From the NCBI GenBank assembly GCA_002269645.1, contig NIVC01003799.1, forward strand, positions 12,315-76,314: a stretch of 64,000 nucleotides of DNA. The letters run 5' to 3'. The notes below the pieces were generated by a model. The model searched no databases. It was not told where the DNA came from and was given only the letters and a program-made list of their open reading frames with translations. Positions 12,650 to 36,480 of the stretch are shown here, one piece after another (the stretch's first letter is position 1; each line of letters begins with the position of its first letter). Source of the stretch: Macrostomum lignano (taxonomy: Eukaryota). A program made the translations under genes and the position numbers.

Positions 12650-12845
12650 GATGCTGGGTGATGCTGGGTGATGCTGGGTGATTCTGGGTGATGCTGGGTG
12701 AAGCTGGGTGATGCTGGGTGATGCTGGGTGATGCTGGGTGATACTGGGTGATGCTGGGTGATGCTGGGGGATGCTGGGTGATGCTGGGGGATGCTGAGTG
12801 ATGCTGGGGGATGCCGGGGGATGCTGAGTGATGCTAAGTGATACT
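12650..12845. repeat. 10-bp repeat (GATGCTGGGT)n immediately 3' of the receptor stop codon
   Basis: Visible array. Confidence 0.9.
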
Positions 12846-13620
12846 TTTGTGATGCTTATGCTGAAAATCTGAGCTGATGTAAGACATTTTATGAAGCATC
12901 TTGATAGCTTCTTAGCTCTTATATCACTCTGCTATTTTAGCGCTGATTTTACGTCGTCCACAATGATCTTATTGAGTGTCCACCATGGGTTATAATAGAT
13001 TTGTAGATTTGTAAGAATGTAATAAATGTAATAAAATTTTAGTTTCTCTATATTCATTTCTATTCCCTACTTGCACTTGCTTTTCTGCGTCAATGCACAT
13101 TCAATGCTATTTTGAGTGACCGCAGTTTGATTTTGAACTTCTATAATAATACAAGGAAAGCGAATTTGTTAAATTCTGGTAAAAGCGTCCAACTAATTCA
13201 TAGATGACGGCAGTTGTGGTTTTGTATTTGAGAAGCGGTGCATTGGCTGTAGAAATAACAATATTGTTCATTGCGCGATTAAAATGTTGAACATGCGAGG
13301 AGGGACAAGTTTTTGGGCACAGTGTGGCGAATACTGGATAGATTCTGGGCAGCAATTATTCAGCTATTCAAAGCTTTCAAAAGTGCTTTTTGTACTGGTA
13401 AAAGTGCTCGAGTAACGTGGCTTGAGTAGGTAAACAGAAATATACATAGTTTTTGCTTGGTTAGTATTAAATTAGGAATAATGGTTAATTAATAAATAGG
13501 TACAAAATATTGTAATACACCCTACTTACTGAAGCATTCTGATTCTTTCAGTTTGGTTAATTCGCGGTGTGGAAGACAGAAGATAATTAAACAGAAGCTT
13601 CGTGCATAGTGCGTGAGCGA

Positions 13621-13816
13621 TGACGCAATCAATTGACGTCACGCCACAATCCGAAACCCGATTGGTTCAGAGACTTCCCAGAAAATTAGAGACAGTCAAC
13701 TTCATCGAGTATTCAATTCGTTGCTGATTGGCTGTTGAAATGTGCTGGTAGCTTAAATATGATTGGTCACAGTCTCTCAGCCAATAAGAAACCGAGTCGT
13801 GGACGCTATGACGTCA
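13621..13816. promoter_or_regulatory. Cluster of CCAAT boxes and CRE-like motifs
   Basis: TGACGCAA 13621, TGACGTCA 13634 and 13809, ATTGG 13661/13727/13762, CCAAT 13781. Confidence 0.35.
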
Positions 13817-16800
13817 CTGCAAAGAGCAGCGCCGGACGTCACCTGCCGCGCCCCTCCCGGCGCCGGGGTAGGCCTGGACGGCGCTGCGATCCAGCTGGCG
13901 GCGGACCTTTTCGGCCAGAGGCCGCCTGCCGATGCTGGCCAGGGCTTCGTAGAGCTCCCGGATGGGCGTGTCCTGCCGGTCCACGCCGTGGAACCAGATG
14001 CACAGCACTCGGTAACCGTGCTGCTTGTAGCTGCTCTCGTCTGGTGGATTATGGGCGAGGGTAAACTAATGCGTTAATATTATTTGAATGAAAATCCTTG
14101 ATCAGCCCCATGTCCCAAAATCCTTGATCAACCCTCCCTGTCCCAACATCCTTGCTCAGCCCCCTGTCCCAACATCCTTGATCAGCCCCCTGTCCCAACA
14201 TCCTTGATCAACCCCCTGTCCCAACATCCTTGCTCAGCCCCCTGTACCAACATCCTTGATCAGCCCCCTGTCCCAACATCATTGATCAGTCCCCTGTCCC
14301 AACATCTTTGATCAACCGCCTGTCCCAACAACCTTGATCAGTCCCCTGTCCCAACATGCTTGATCAGCCCCCTATCCCAACATTCTTGATCAGGCCCCTG
14401 TCCCAACATCCTTGATCAGCCCCCTGTCCCAACATTCTTGATCAGCCCCCTGTCCCAACATCCTTGATCAGCCCCCTGTCCCAACATCCTTGATCAGCCC
14501 CCTGTCCCAACATCCTTGATCAGTCCCTGTCCCAACATCCTTGATCAGCCCCCTATCCCAACATCCTTGATCAGCCCCCTGTCCTAACATCCTTGATCAG
14601 CCCCCTGTCCCAACATCCTTGATCAGCCCCCTGTCCCAACATCCTTGATCGCCCCCTGTCCCAACATCCTTGATCAGCCCCCTGTCCTAACATCCTTGAT
14701 CAGGCCCCTGTCCTAACATCTTTGATCAGCCCCCTGTCCCAACATTCTTGATCAGCCCCCTGTCCTAACATCCTTGATCAGCTCCCTGTCCCAACATCCT
14801 TGATCAGTCCCTGTCCCAACATCCTTGATCAGTCCCCTGTCCTAACATCTTTGATCAGCCCCCTGTCCCAACATCTTTGATCAGCCCCCTGTCCTAACAT
14901 TCTTGATCAGCCCCCTGTCCTAACATCTTTGATCAGCCCCCTGTCCCAACATCCTTGATCAGCCCCCTGTCCCAACATCCTTGCTCAGCCCACCAGTGTA
15001 CTGATGCTCGATGGCCTCCACGTGCTCCGTCTTGAATTGCCAGAACGCAGCCAGTTTTTTCCACTCGTTCTGGCGCAGGTGCTTGAAGGCCAGCTTCCAC
15101 AGGTACTGCTTGAACTCCTCGGCGTAAGGCTGCTGAAACTCCCGCAACCGGTAGGTCGGCACGGTGCCGTTGTGCATCGCGTCATCAGCGGAGATCTCCT
15201 GCTCCAGCTCCTCCTCAGTGGGCTCGTTGATGTTGATGCGGTTCTCGTAGTCTGCCGGCTTGTACACCGCGCCATCGGAGTCCAGCTGGTCCACCAGCGC
15301 CGTCGGGTGCTTGGCCTCGCCGCTCTGCTGACGCTGAGGGGTCAAGGGTTTCGAACTAATTTCATTTTTATTGAGCATTTCAATTAGATTAACTCAAACA
15401 TTTCTTCAATGACATTAGCTCTAATACCCCAGCTCCAATACCCCAGCTCCAATACTCCAGCTCCAATACCCCCGCTCCAATACCCCAGCTCCAATACTCC
15501 AGCTCCAATACCCCCGCTCCAATACCTCAGCTCCAATACTCCAGCTCCAATACCCCCGCTCCAATACCCCAGCTCCAATACCCCAGCTCCAATACTCCAG
15601 CTCCAATACCCCCGCTCCAATACTCCAGCTCCAATACTCCAGCTCCAATACCCCAGCTCCAATACTCCAGCTCCAAAACCCCAGTTCCAATACCCCAGCT
15701 CCAATACCCCAGCTCCAATACCCCAGCTCCAATACTCCAGCTCCAATACCCCAGCTCCAAAACCCCAGTTCCAATACCCCAGCTCCAATACCCCAGCTCC
15801 AATACCCAGTTCCAATACCCCAGCTCCAATACCCCTCACTCATTCAATTTTATACACGTCCCTTACAAAGTAAATAAAAACGTTAAAAGTGCTTACATAA
15901 TGCATCATACTACTCACTAACCTATGCAAGTAGGCTTTGCAGAGTTATATACATTTATTTAAAAAACAAGCGTCCTGAGTGGAATAAAATTTTATCGAAT
16001 AGAATTAACTAATTTTTATTATATCTTTTGATTGCGTAATTATTATATAATACGAACTCTGCGAAATCCTAAGTCAGAAATGTAAAATAGACCATGGCAG
16101 CCTTCACCCCATTACAAACTACGAGCTAAACTGAAGCAAACTAGTTGAGCATGCTCACAGTTATATTTACCAACAAACCAAAAGTTACAGGAACTTTGAA
16201 AATTGAAAGCAAAATTTTCAGCGACTTGCCTAACAGGGAGTGGGATCCTGAGCATAAGCGATTGTTATAATGATTTAAACAAAATCTATCTTTAACTTTA
16301 TTTAACAATGTGAGTAAATAGGATTCTATAACAACTACTAAAAAGCACCTTCGAGGTTGCGGGGAGTCGAATGAAGTGTCCGAACCTCAAGGGTTGATAT
16401 TCGAACTTGAATGAATGGTGCGGTTGCGCTCTAAGCTATAGGCTCGAAGCAGAGATACACGATGGTGTCAGTGTGTTGAACCTCTGCCTTACTGTTATGC
16501 GGCTTTACTGGTGGTCTAAATCGAGTTGTAAAAAGCTTTTCACTAAAAGCTATGACGAGACGTAATAAGCAAGAAACCACACTTGAAGCACTTTGTTTAT
16601 TAGAAGAACGTAACACCCTGGAATGTAGCTCGTATCATTGATCCTTGATACACTAGGGAGATGGGCAAAATGCTACAGTGCAGTTCTTTTGTGCTTCTTC
16701 CTTGTGCTTTTGTCGCCCCTCCGGAGTTCCCTGCAGTCACGTGACGACTCTGAGCCAATGGCGCAAATTAATTTGTTTTGACTGTCGGTGAAGACGGTCG

Positions 16801-18827
16801 GGGATTCCCAAGGCCACTCTCGTGCATGTCTTGTTGTTTCCATCCTTTCTTGTACAGTGAAGCAGGGAGGTGGGTGCAAGTTGGGAATTCCCTCCAAGGT
16901 CACTCGAAAATCATGCTAATGCCTCTCGGAACAGAGGTTGAATGTTACGTTCTTCTAGATCCTATTATAAGCTTGGTCAGTGATTGGCAGAAAACGAACC
17001 GTAGCCAGTCACATGGATGTGACTAAACCACAAAAATGTATTCGTGCAATAATATGCGAGAGTCATGCGAATACCTTCCCTCGTATTAACTGATTCACAA
17101 CTCCTCCAAGTGAGGGGGTTCGGCTTACCCGATTTGCTCTAAGCTTATGCAGCAAAGCTGTTCTTGTCTAAAAGACGGGTTTTAAGATTTTAGCTAGAGA
17201 AGAGTTAGTAGGCGAGAAGTAATTATTTGTTTTTTGAAAGCAGTCGGCCAACCCAAGCGGTGAGCAAAATGTACTTTTAGAAAGTAAAGCGATAATTATG
17301 CAACTCCCGTCAGCTTCTGACCTTTTTCCTCTCCCTGTATCTCTCGGCCTTGATAATCATGTCCACCATGCTGATGTAGCTGCCTCTCGTGGCCAGGATG
17401 AGGGGGGTTTTCCCGGTCTGGAATGTTGGTGGGAATATTGGTGGGAATGTACATGCGTACTGAACAATACTCAAGGTCACTCGCTGTTGATTGGTTGTTG
17501 CAGGCTGCAGGCCTTGACTAAAAAAATAAAAAATAAAAATTTTAGACGGAACGGCTACCAAACTAGCTGACTAGCTATTCTAGTCTCTATTCTATTCTAT
17601 TCTATTCTATTCTATTCTATTCTATTCTATTCTATTCTATTCTATTCTATTCTATTCTATTCTATTCTATTCTATTCTATTTCTATTCTATTCTATTCTA
17701 TTCTATTCTATTCTATTCTATTTCTATTCTATTCTATTCTATTACTATTCTATTCTATTCTATTCTATTTCTATTCTATTCTATTCTATTTCTATTCTAT
17801 TCTATTCTATTCTATTCTATTCTATTTCTATTCTATTCTATTCTATTCTATTCTATTCTATTTTATTCTATTCTATTCTATTCTATTCTATTCTATTCTA
17901 TTCTATTCTATTTCTATTCTATTCTATTCTATTCTATTCTATTCTATTCTATTCTATTCTATTCTATTATATTCTATTCTATTCTATTTCTATTCTATTC
18001 TATTCTATTCTATTCTATTCTATTATATTCTATTCTATTCTATTCTATTCTATTCTATTCTATTCTATTCTATTCTATTCTATTTCTATTCTATTCTATT
18101 CTATTCTATTCTATTCTATTCTATTCTATTATATTGTATTCTATTCTATTCTATTCTATTGTATTCTATTCTATTCTATTCTGTTATATTCTTAGTGTTG
18201 CCAATATGAACATGGCAGATTAAAATCTGAAGTAGACTGTGCACTTTTACAACAGCGCTCTTGTAGGAATAAGTTTTAACTGCCGGCTTGCCGGAGCGCC
18301 GCAGTCATGGGGGGGGGGCAGCGGCTCACCTTGTCTCGCACGTTGATGGGGGCGTCGCACAACAGCAGAGCCTCAGCAGCATTTGGCTTGTTCTGCTCTA
18401 CGGCCAGATGAAGCGGAGTCTGGTTGCGCTGGAGACGAGAGCGGGTCGGGATTAAAGCACGGCTGAGCTTGCCTGGGCTTTGATGATTCTTTTATTAAAC
18501 TGAAATTTGCGACTGCAATCGGTGTGCTCACGTTGTTGGGCAGGGAGGTCTCGCAGCCCAGGCTCACCAAGGTGAAGATTTGCTCCGCGCTGTCGTTTAG
18601 AGCGGCGTAGTGCAGAGCAGTGCTGTGCGTCTGGGGATTTCAGGGATGAGGCGGAGAGTCTGGCTGGGCGACCACTTCGAGAGAGGGAGAGAGGGAGAGA
18701 GAGGGAGAGAGAGGGAGAGAGAGGGAGAGAGAGGGAGAGAGAGGGAGAGGGGAGAGAGAGGGAGAGAGGGAGAGAGAGGGAGAGAGAGGGAGAGAGAGGG
18801 AGAGAGGGAGAGAGAGGGAGAGAGAGG

Positions 18828-18861
<34 letters not shown>

Positions 18862-18920
18862 GGAGAGAGGGAGAGAGAGGGAGAGAGAGGGAGAGAGAGG
18901 GAGAGAGAGGGAGAGAGAGG

Positions 18921-18952
<32 letters not shown>

Positions 18953-21900
18953 GGGAGAGAGGGAGAGAGAGGGAAAGAGGAAGAGAGAGGAAGAGAGAGG
19001 GAGAGATGGAGAGGGGGTAGAGAGGGAGACTGGGGAGAAAGGGATGGGATAAGACAGGGAGAGGAGAGAAAGAGAGGGGTAGAGAGGCAGAGGGAAGAAA
19101 GAGAAGGGGAGAGAGGGAGAGGGGAAATCACTACAAAATCAGTATCATTATCAGTGGCCATGGAATGAATTGGACAGTACGCCAATTCTTCACCTCAGCC
19201 TCATTCCTATGCTGCGACTGAGACTCAGTCATACCGTTATTACTGTATCAGCTTCTTATTTTTATAAAAGATTATTTTCAGAAAGCGAGTTAGAACTCAC
19301 AAGGTTCAGAGCGTTCACGTTGGCGCCGTGCTCTTTGAGATATTTGAGCACGTCCATGTGACCCTTGACAGCGGCCAGGTGGAAAGCCGTCATTTCGCGC
19401 TGAAATTTATTCACTCTGAAGGTGGAGTTGTATCAATAAAATAACTCAGATTGGGCTATGAAAGGCTTCCCTACCTCGGCGGTGGCGTTCACCTCGCTGC
19501 CGTGGGTCAGCAGGCAGCGGATCGCCCCGATATGACCCTTTTCAACCGCGTAGTGCAGCGGGATTCGCTCGCTTTCGTCCTTCTCGTTCACCAAGTCCCG
19601 CAGCTTGTACACCTCCCGGAGCAGCTCTTCTAGCACCTTGGCGCATCCGTTCTCCGCTGCCAGGTGCAGTGCCGTCATCTTTTTCTAAAGCGATGGTTAT
19701 TTATTATGTAGTAACTATTTCATACCCACCTCACTCCCTACCCCTCCTCACTCCCTGCCCCTCCTCACTCCCTGCCCCTCCTCACTCCCTGCCCCTCCTC
19801 ACACCCTGCCCCTCCTCACTCCCTGCCCCTCCTCACTCCCTGCCCCTCCTCACTGCCTGCCCCTCCTCACTCCCAGTCCATCCTCACTCCCACCCCTTTG
19901 TCAATGCGTTACGACTAGCGTTACAAATGTCTTCCTGATTGGAGAGCCTGCAACAATGCAGAAACTCACTGCGTCCTTGACCATCAGATCAACCTCCGGA
20001 TAGCTCAGAAGCAGTTGCACAACCTCAATGTTGCCTTTTCCAGCCGCAATCATCAGAGCCGTCTGGCCGTTCTACAGAAAGGAGCGATAATATTGAAATC
20101 AATGTCTAAACATTACAGTCGATATTTAAAGCAACTCCACTGTCACCTTCTCGGTGTCATTCAGGATGCTCTTCTTAGTCTTGGTGAGGTACAGCCGCAC
20201 CAGCTCGCAGTTGTTCTGGTCGGCCGCGATGTGCAGCGCGTGCATGCCGAGCTTGTTTCGTTTCTTGACGCTGGCCGACCGTTCCAGCAGCAGTTCTACA
20301 ACTTCGATGTGGCCGAAGTAGGTCGCCCACATCAAGGCGGTCATGCCGTACTTGTCGGCCAGCTCGATGCCGGCCTTGTATTCGAGCAGGACTCGGACAG
20401 CCCCCGTCTGGCCCTTGCTGGCCGCCATGTGCAGCGCTGTGCGGTTCAGGTTGTTGCGACAGTCCACCTTCACGATCGTCAGCAGCTCCTCCAGACGGGC
20501 CTCCTTGCCTGTGCGGGCCGCCTCGTGCAGGGCGAGCTCGCCTTTGGACACTGCGGGTGAGTTTTTTGGTACCTGGATGGGTGTTTGGGTACCTGGATGG
20601 GTGTTTGGGTACCTAGATGGATGTTTTGGTTACCTGGATAGGTGTTTGGGCACCTGAGTGGGTATTTTTCGGTACCTGGGTGGGTGTTTGGGTGCCTGGA
20701 TGGGTTTTTTGGGTGCCTGGATGCGTGTTTGGGTACCTGGATGGGTGTTTGGGTGCCTGTATTAGTGCTTGGGTATCTGAATGGTTGTTTGGGTACCTGG
20801 ATGGGTGTTTGTGTACCTGGATGGGTGTTTGGGTGCCTGTATTCGTGCTTGGGTGCCTGTATTCGTGCTTGGGTATCTGAATGGTTGTTTGGGTACCTGG
20901 ATGGGTGTTTGTGTACCTGGATGGGTGTTTGGGTGCCTGTATTCGTGCTTGGGTGCCTGTATTCGTGCTTGGGTATCTGAATGGTTGTTTGGGTACCTGG
21001 ATTTGGAAGGTGTCGGTATTTGTGTTGATGGGACCCGAGCTACAGTTGGCACTAGGCCAGCTTTGTCTTAATTCCCTCATCTTAATTCTTTTAACTCATT
21101 TTCATCTCCTGATAATCATAAAATATTTTTCAATCCCGCTGCACCAGCAGGCCGCAGCAGGATCAGAAATCATAATTCATCTTTTTTCGGCAGAAACTCT
21201 TTCAGAACGGTCTCACGCACTAAAAGGCTCCTCCAGTGTGGTCGCCATGTCGCAGTCATCCTCCGGTTTGAGAGGCTGGAAGCGATGAGGGAGGAATTCC
21301 TGATGGGATTCTAAGCTTTTAGTCTTTTTATTGCATAAATTATGAATTTGCTTCTGTTTGCATTGCTCAAGCAGAATTTCTGGGGCGCTAAATAGACAAG
21401 ATTTTTAGAGTCTCAAACGTCCCCGTTGAAAATTTAAAAAAAATTCGCCTGCAAGTTTTTAGCTCGTAACTATCCATTAAAAACATTTAATTGCCAGCTG
21501 AAACTCACGGGGCAGCTGATTTTGGAAAAGAAAGATCGCAAACTGAGCAAAAACCTTAAACTAACTCGTAAACCCTAAACTAACCCCTAAACTAAACCCT
21601 AAACTAAACCCTAAACTAAACCCTATACTAAACTCTAAACTAAACCCTAAACTAAACCCTAAACTAAACCCTAAACTAACCCTAAATTAAACCCTAAACT
21701 AAACTCTAAACTAAACCCTATACTAAATCCTATACTAAACCCTAAGCTAAACACAAACCTAAACCCTGACCTAAAACCCTAACCTAAACTCTAACTGCAA
21801 CCATAACCCAAATGGTTGGCCGTCAAATATCGAACTTCAGAATCTTAAGAAAGAGCAATTGCAAGTGTTTTGCCCGACGTGGGCTCACTTGTTTGTTAAA

Positions 21901-21958
21901 CTTGTCCTTTTTTACAAAAGAATAAAAAGTCTATCGCGGTACTTACATCAGCGGCCAT
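13814..21958 (-). CDS. ANKDD1: Ankyrin repeat and death domain-containing protein (ANKDD1-like, ~580 aa)
   Basis: Exons (minus) 21958-21947, 21275-21221, 20550-20147, 20071-19970, 19684-19475, 19399-19301, 18630-18532, 18428-18330, 17417-17322, 15333-14994, 14040-13814; total 1743 nt in frame. Three 99-nt exons each encode one ankyrin repeat (e.g. RNQTPLHLAVEQNK). The death domain reads LWKLAFKHLRQNEWKKLAAFWQFKTEHVEAIEHQYTG...GYRVLCIWFHG. The first two small exons are less certain. Confidence 0.9.
14095..14990. repeat. 26-bp intronic array (CCTTGATCAGCCCCCTGTCCCAACAT)n
   Basis: About 34 copies, starting directly at the minus-strand donor (14993). Confidence 0.95.
15422..15835. repeat. 14-bp intronic array (CCCCAGCTCCAATA)n
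   Basis: Visible array. Confidence 0.95.
17585..18185. repeat. (TATTC)n microsatellite
   Basis: Visible ~600-bp array. Confidence 0.97.
18680..19130. repeat. GA-rich (GAGAGAGAGG)n repeat
   Basis: Visible array. Confidence 0.92.
19725..19890. repeat. 17-bp repeat (CCCCTCCTCACTCCCTG)n
   Basis: Visible array in an ANKDD1 intron. Confidence 0.88.
20565..21002. repeat. 20-bp-based array (GGGTACCTGGATGGGTGTTT)n with a higher-order block duplicated
   Basis: Visible array just upstream (minus sense) of the acceptor at 20552-20551. Confidence 0.9.
21570..21810. repeat. 12-bp (TAAACCCTAAAC)n repeat
   Basis: Visible array in ANKDD1 intron 1. Confidence 0.85.
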
Positions 21959-22512
21959 TGCTGGTGAATATTGGTCCCGCCGAGGTCAGCTAGGGGTTCG
22001 TAGCACATATACACACACTGTCTCTCTCTGCCTCTGTGTCTTTGTGAGCCTCTGCAATTTTAACCTAGAGAGCGAGAGAGAGAGAGAGAGGCAGGCAGAC
22101 TGCGGAACTGCTGGAGCCGAGGCCTGAGGAGGCTGAAAACGGGGGGTTGCAGGAACGGCCACTTGTTTTTCCTCCCAGCTGCAGCTTGTTGGTGTTTTCT
22201 CTGGAGCAGCAGGCGAGCCAACAGTTTATTGTTGCCGATTGCCGCTGCTGCTGATGCCTGATTGGGAAGCTGGATGATGGGAGAGAAAGAGGGGTGGGGT
22301 GGAGGGGAAGGGGAGAGAGGGGGAGAGGGGGGAGGGGGGAGAGAAGTCGCATCCATCAGTGCAGCGGGCTCAGATCCCGCAGAGAGACAAATGGAGATTA
22401 GCCAAGGGTGCAGGGGATGGGGAGCTGCATGAGGAAGTTGAGTCGGTTCTCAGCCTGAGCCTCACCCTGTCCACTTTTCTATTCCTGGCCCGCTCCTGTG
22501 CGCGCCGAGTGG

Positions 22513-33711
<11,199 letters not shown>

Positions 33712-33899
33712 TCATCAAGCTGCTGTGTTGGCGGCAACTTCTGACCCCCGCCTTTTTTCCCGGCTTTGTAGCTCCTGGTCAAAGTCAATGCTCGGCGATC
33801 TGCTTTGCGAATTCTTTTGCGACTGGCTGGAGTCGTTTTAATTTGGGTCGGAATTTGATCATTAATAATGGCTTGTGGTAACTGATTTATTTGTGAATG

Positions 33900-34795
33900 A
33901 TGAGGATTGATGATGACTCCTTATAAAATAATGATTGTTGGCTGATCAGAAAATATTGATTAAGACTCATTATAAAATGATGAATGATGACCCATTAGAA
34001 AATGATGATTGACGACTCATTAGAAAATGATGATTATGACTCATTATAAAAATGATGAATGATGGCTTATTAGAAACTGATGATTGTTGACTCATTAGAA
34101 AATGATGATTGATGACTCATCACAAAATGATGATTGATGACTCATCAGAAAATGATGATTAATGACCCATTAGAAAATGATGATTGATGACCCATTCGAA
34201 AATAATGATTGATGACTCATCAGAAAATGATGATTGATGACCCATTAGAAAATGATTATTGATGACCGATTAGAAAATGATGATTATGACTCATTAGAAA
34301 ATGATGAATGATGACTCATTAGAAAATGATGATTTTTGGCTCATCAGAAAATGATGATTGATGACTCATTAGAAAATGATGATTAATGACCCATTAGAAA
34401 ATGATGATTGATGACTCATCAGAAAATGATGATTGATGACTCATCACAAAATGATGATTGATGACCCATTAGAAAATGATTATTGATGACCGATTAGAAA
34501 ATGATGATTGATGACCCATTAGAAAATGATGATTGATGACCGATTAGAAAATGATGATTGATGACCGATTAGAAAATGATGATTGATGACTCATCAGAAA
34601 ATGATGATTGATAACCGATTAGAAAATGATTATTGATGACCGATTAGAAAATGATGATTGATGACCCATTAGAAAATGATGATTGATGACCCATTAGAAA
34701 ATGATTATTGATGACCGATTAGAAAATGATGATTATGACTCATTATAAAAATGATGAATGGTGGCTCATTAGGAAATGATGATTGTTGATGATGA
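33900..34795. repeat. 25-bp array (GATGACTCATTAGAAAATGATGATT)n; many units contain TGACTCA
   Basis: Visible array ~200 bp past the CaMKIV stop codon. Confidence 0.93.
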
Positions 34796-35559
34796 CTAGT
34801 TCGTGAATGACAGATAACTGGCTTAGTGATTAACGATTGCTGTCGACTATTTTTGTTTTGATTTCGAATGAAGTCCCAGGTAGAGACAGATTAAAGTGTA
34901 GGATTTTTTCAGCTCCAAATTCAGTCATTATAACTAATTTTATATGACTTGTTTTTATTGAAATCTACTTATTTGTTTATTCTCTTTGTTGTTGATAAGT
35001 CTTCTTTGTGTACCTGCTGCCGCTATTGAACACAACTTCCCCAACCAGCCCCTTTCAGACAGTTGTAACTCTCCTTTGCTATTTGCTATTCGACCTCAGT
35101 ATTTGCAGATCTTCTCAACTCAAAAGGTTGATTTTAGACGCTAATAAAAATAGGTTTATGTGAGCCGCTATTTATTCATCTGGCAAATTTTACAGCTTTG
35201 TATTCTGAAAATTAGACGTGTCGCAGATTTTTCTTTCCAACTGTTTTTTAAGAGACTCTTCACATTGAAAACTGTTTGATTAGAAAAAATAAAACTGCAC
35301 TCGAGTCCCTTCTACTCTACTTATAGCTACTCGAGTAAAGTAGTATCTTGATAAATGAATTTTCCTTCTTATGCGTTTTTTATTTCATAACAATTACAAC
35401 AAAGCATACATATATATATATATTTATTCAATGAATGACTTTACTTTATATCTGCGTAATCGCATGCAGAGATGAGAGACTGACGCTGCATCAGGATTTG
35501 GGATTAACATTTTAAATGGGCTGTTAAAAGAGTGGGAGATCCAGAAGAGAGTCGCTTTG

Positions 35560-36270
35560 TAGGGGCAGGGAGTGAGGTTGGTGTCTCAGAGAGTGAGGGG
35601 TAGCGGGCAAGGAGTGGGGTTGGTGCCTCAGATAATGAGGGGTAGCGGGGAAGAAAGTGGGGTTGGTGCCTCAGAGAGTGAGGGGTAGCGGGGCAGGGAG
35701 TGGGGTTGGTGCCTCAGAGAGTGAGGGGTAGCGGGGCAGGGAGTGGAGTTGGTGCCTCAGAGAGTGAGGGGTAGCGGGGCAGAGAGTGGAGTTGGTGCCT
35801 CAGAGAGTGAGGGGTAGCGGGGCAGGAAGTGGAGTTGGTGCCTCAGAGAGTGAGGGGTAGCGGGGCAGGGAGTGGGGTTGGTGCCTCAGGGAGTGAGGGG
35901 TAGCGGGGCAGGGAGTGGAGTTGGTGCCTCAGAGAGTGAGGGGTAGCGGGGCAGAAAGTGGGGTTGGTGCCTCAGATAATGAGGGGTAGCGGGGCAGGAA
36001 TTGGGGTTGGTGCCTCAGATAATGAGGGGTAGCGGGGCAGAAAGTGGGGTTGGTGCCGCCTCAGAGAATGAGGAGTAGCGGGGCAGGGAGTGGGGTTGGT
36101 GCCTCAGATAATGAGGCGTAGCGGGGGCAGGGAGTGGGGTTGGTGCCTCAGATAATGAGGCGTAGCGGGGGCAGGGAGTGGGGTTGGTGCTTCAAAATGA
36201 GGGGTAGCGGGGGTAGCGAGTGGTGTTGGTGCCTCAGAGTGAAGGGTTAGCAGGGCTAGGGAGTGGGGTT
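35560..36270. repeat. ~43-bp G-rich array (GGGGTTGGTGCCTCAGAGAGTGAGGGGTAGCGGGGCAGGGAGT)n
   Basis: About 16 copies, each with several G-runs. Confidence 0.93.
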
Positions 36271-36480
36271 GACGGCTCAGAGATATAGAAGGACAGAATA
36301 AGATGGCAGTGTTTTTTCTTAATGAGAGGTCAAATCAATCGGAAATGACCATTGGGTAAGAGCGAGCCACATGCACATGTAACAAGAAAAAGCTGACCGC
36401 TTTCTCTGCTTTTACTAAAAAAGCAATTTGAATCTTGGTGAATCGATTCGAGCTGCATTCATGCACAGACATCACCAGCT

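Noticed and set aside
15900-16650. Possible LINE or SINE remnant in an AT-rich intron
   Set aside because: Only vague resemblance; no intact RT motifs, target-site duplications or convincing A/B boxes.
16673-16903. Possible extra ANKDD1 exon
   Set aside because: No good donor, and exons 17417-17322 and 15333-14994 already join in phase.
21570-21810. Interstitial telomere (CCCTAAA-like)
   Set aside because: The unit is a 12-mer (CCCTAAACTAAA), not contiguous telomeric hexamers or heptamers; treated as an ordinary intronic array.
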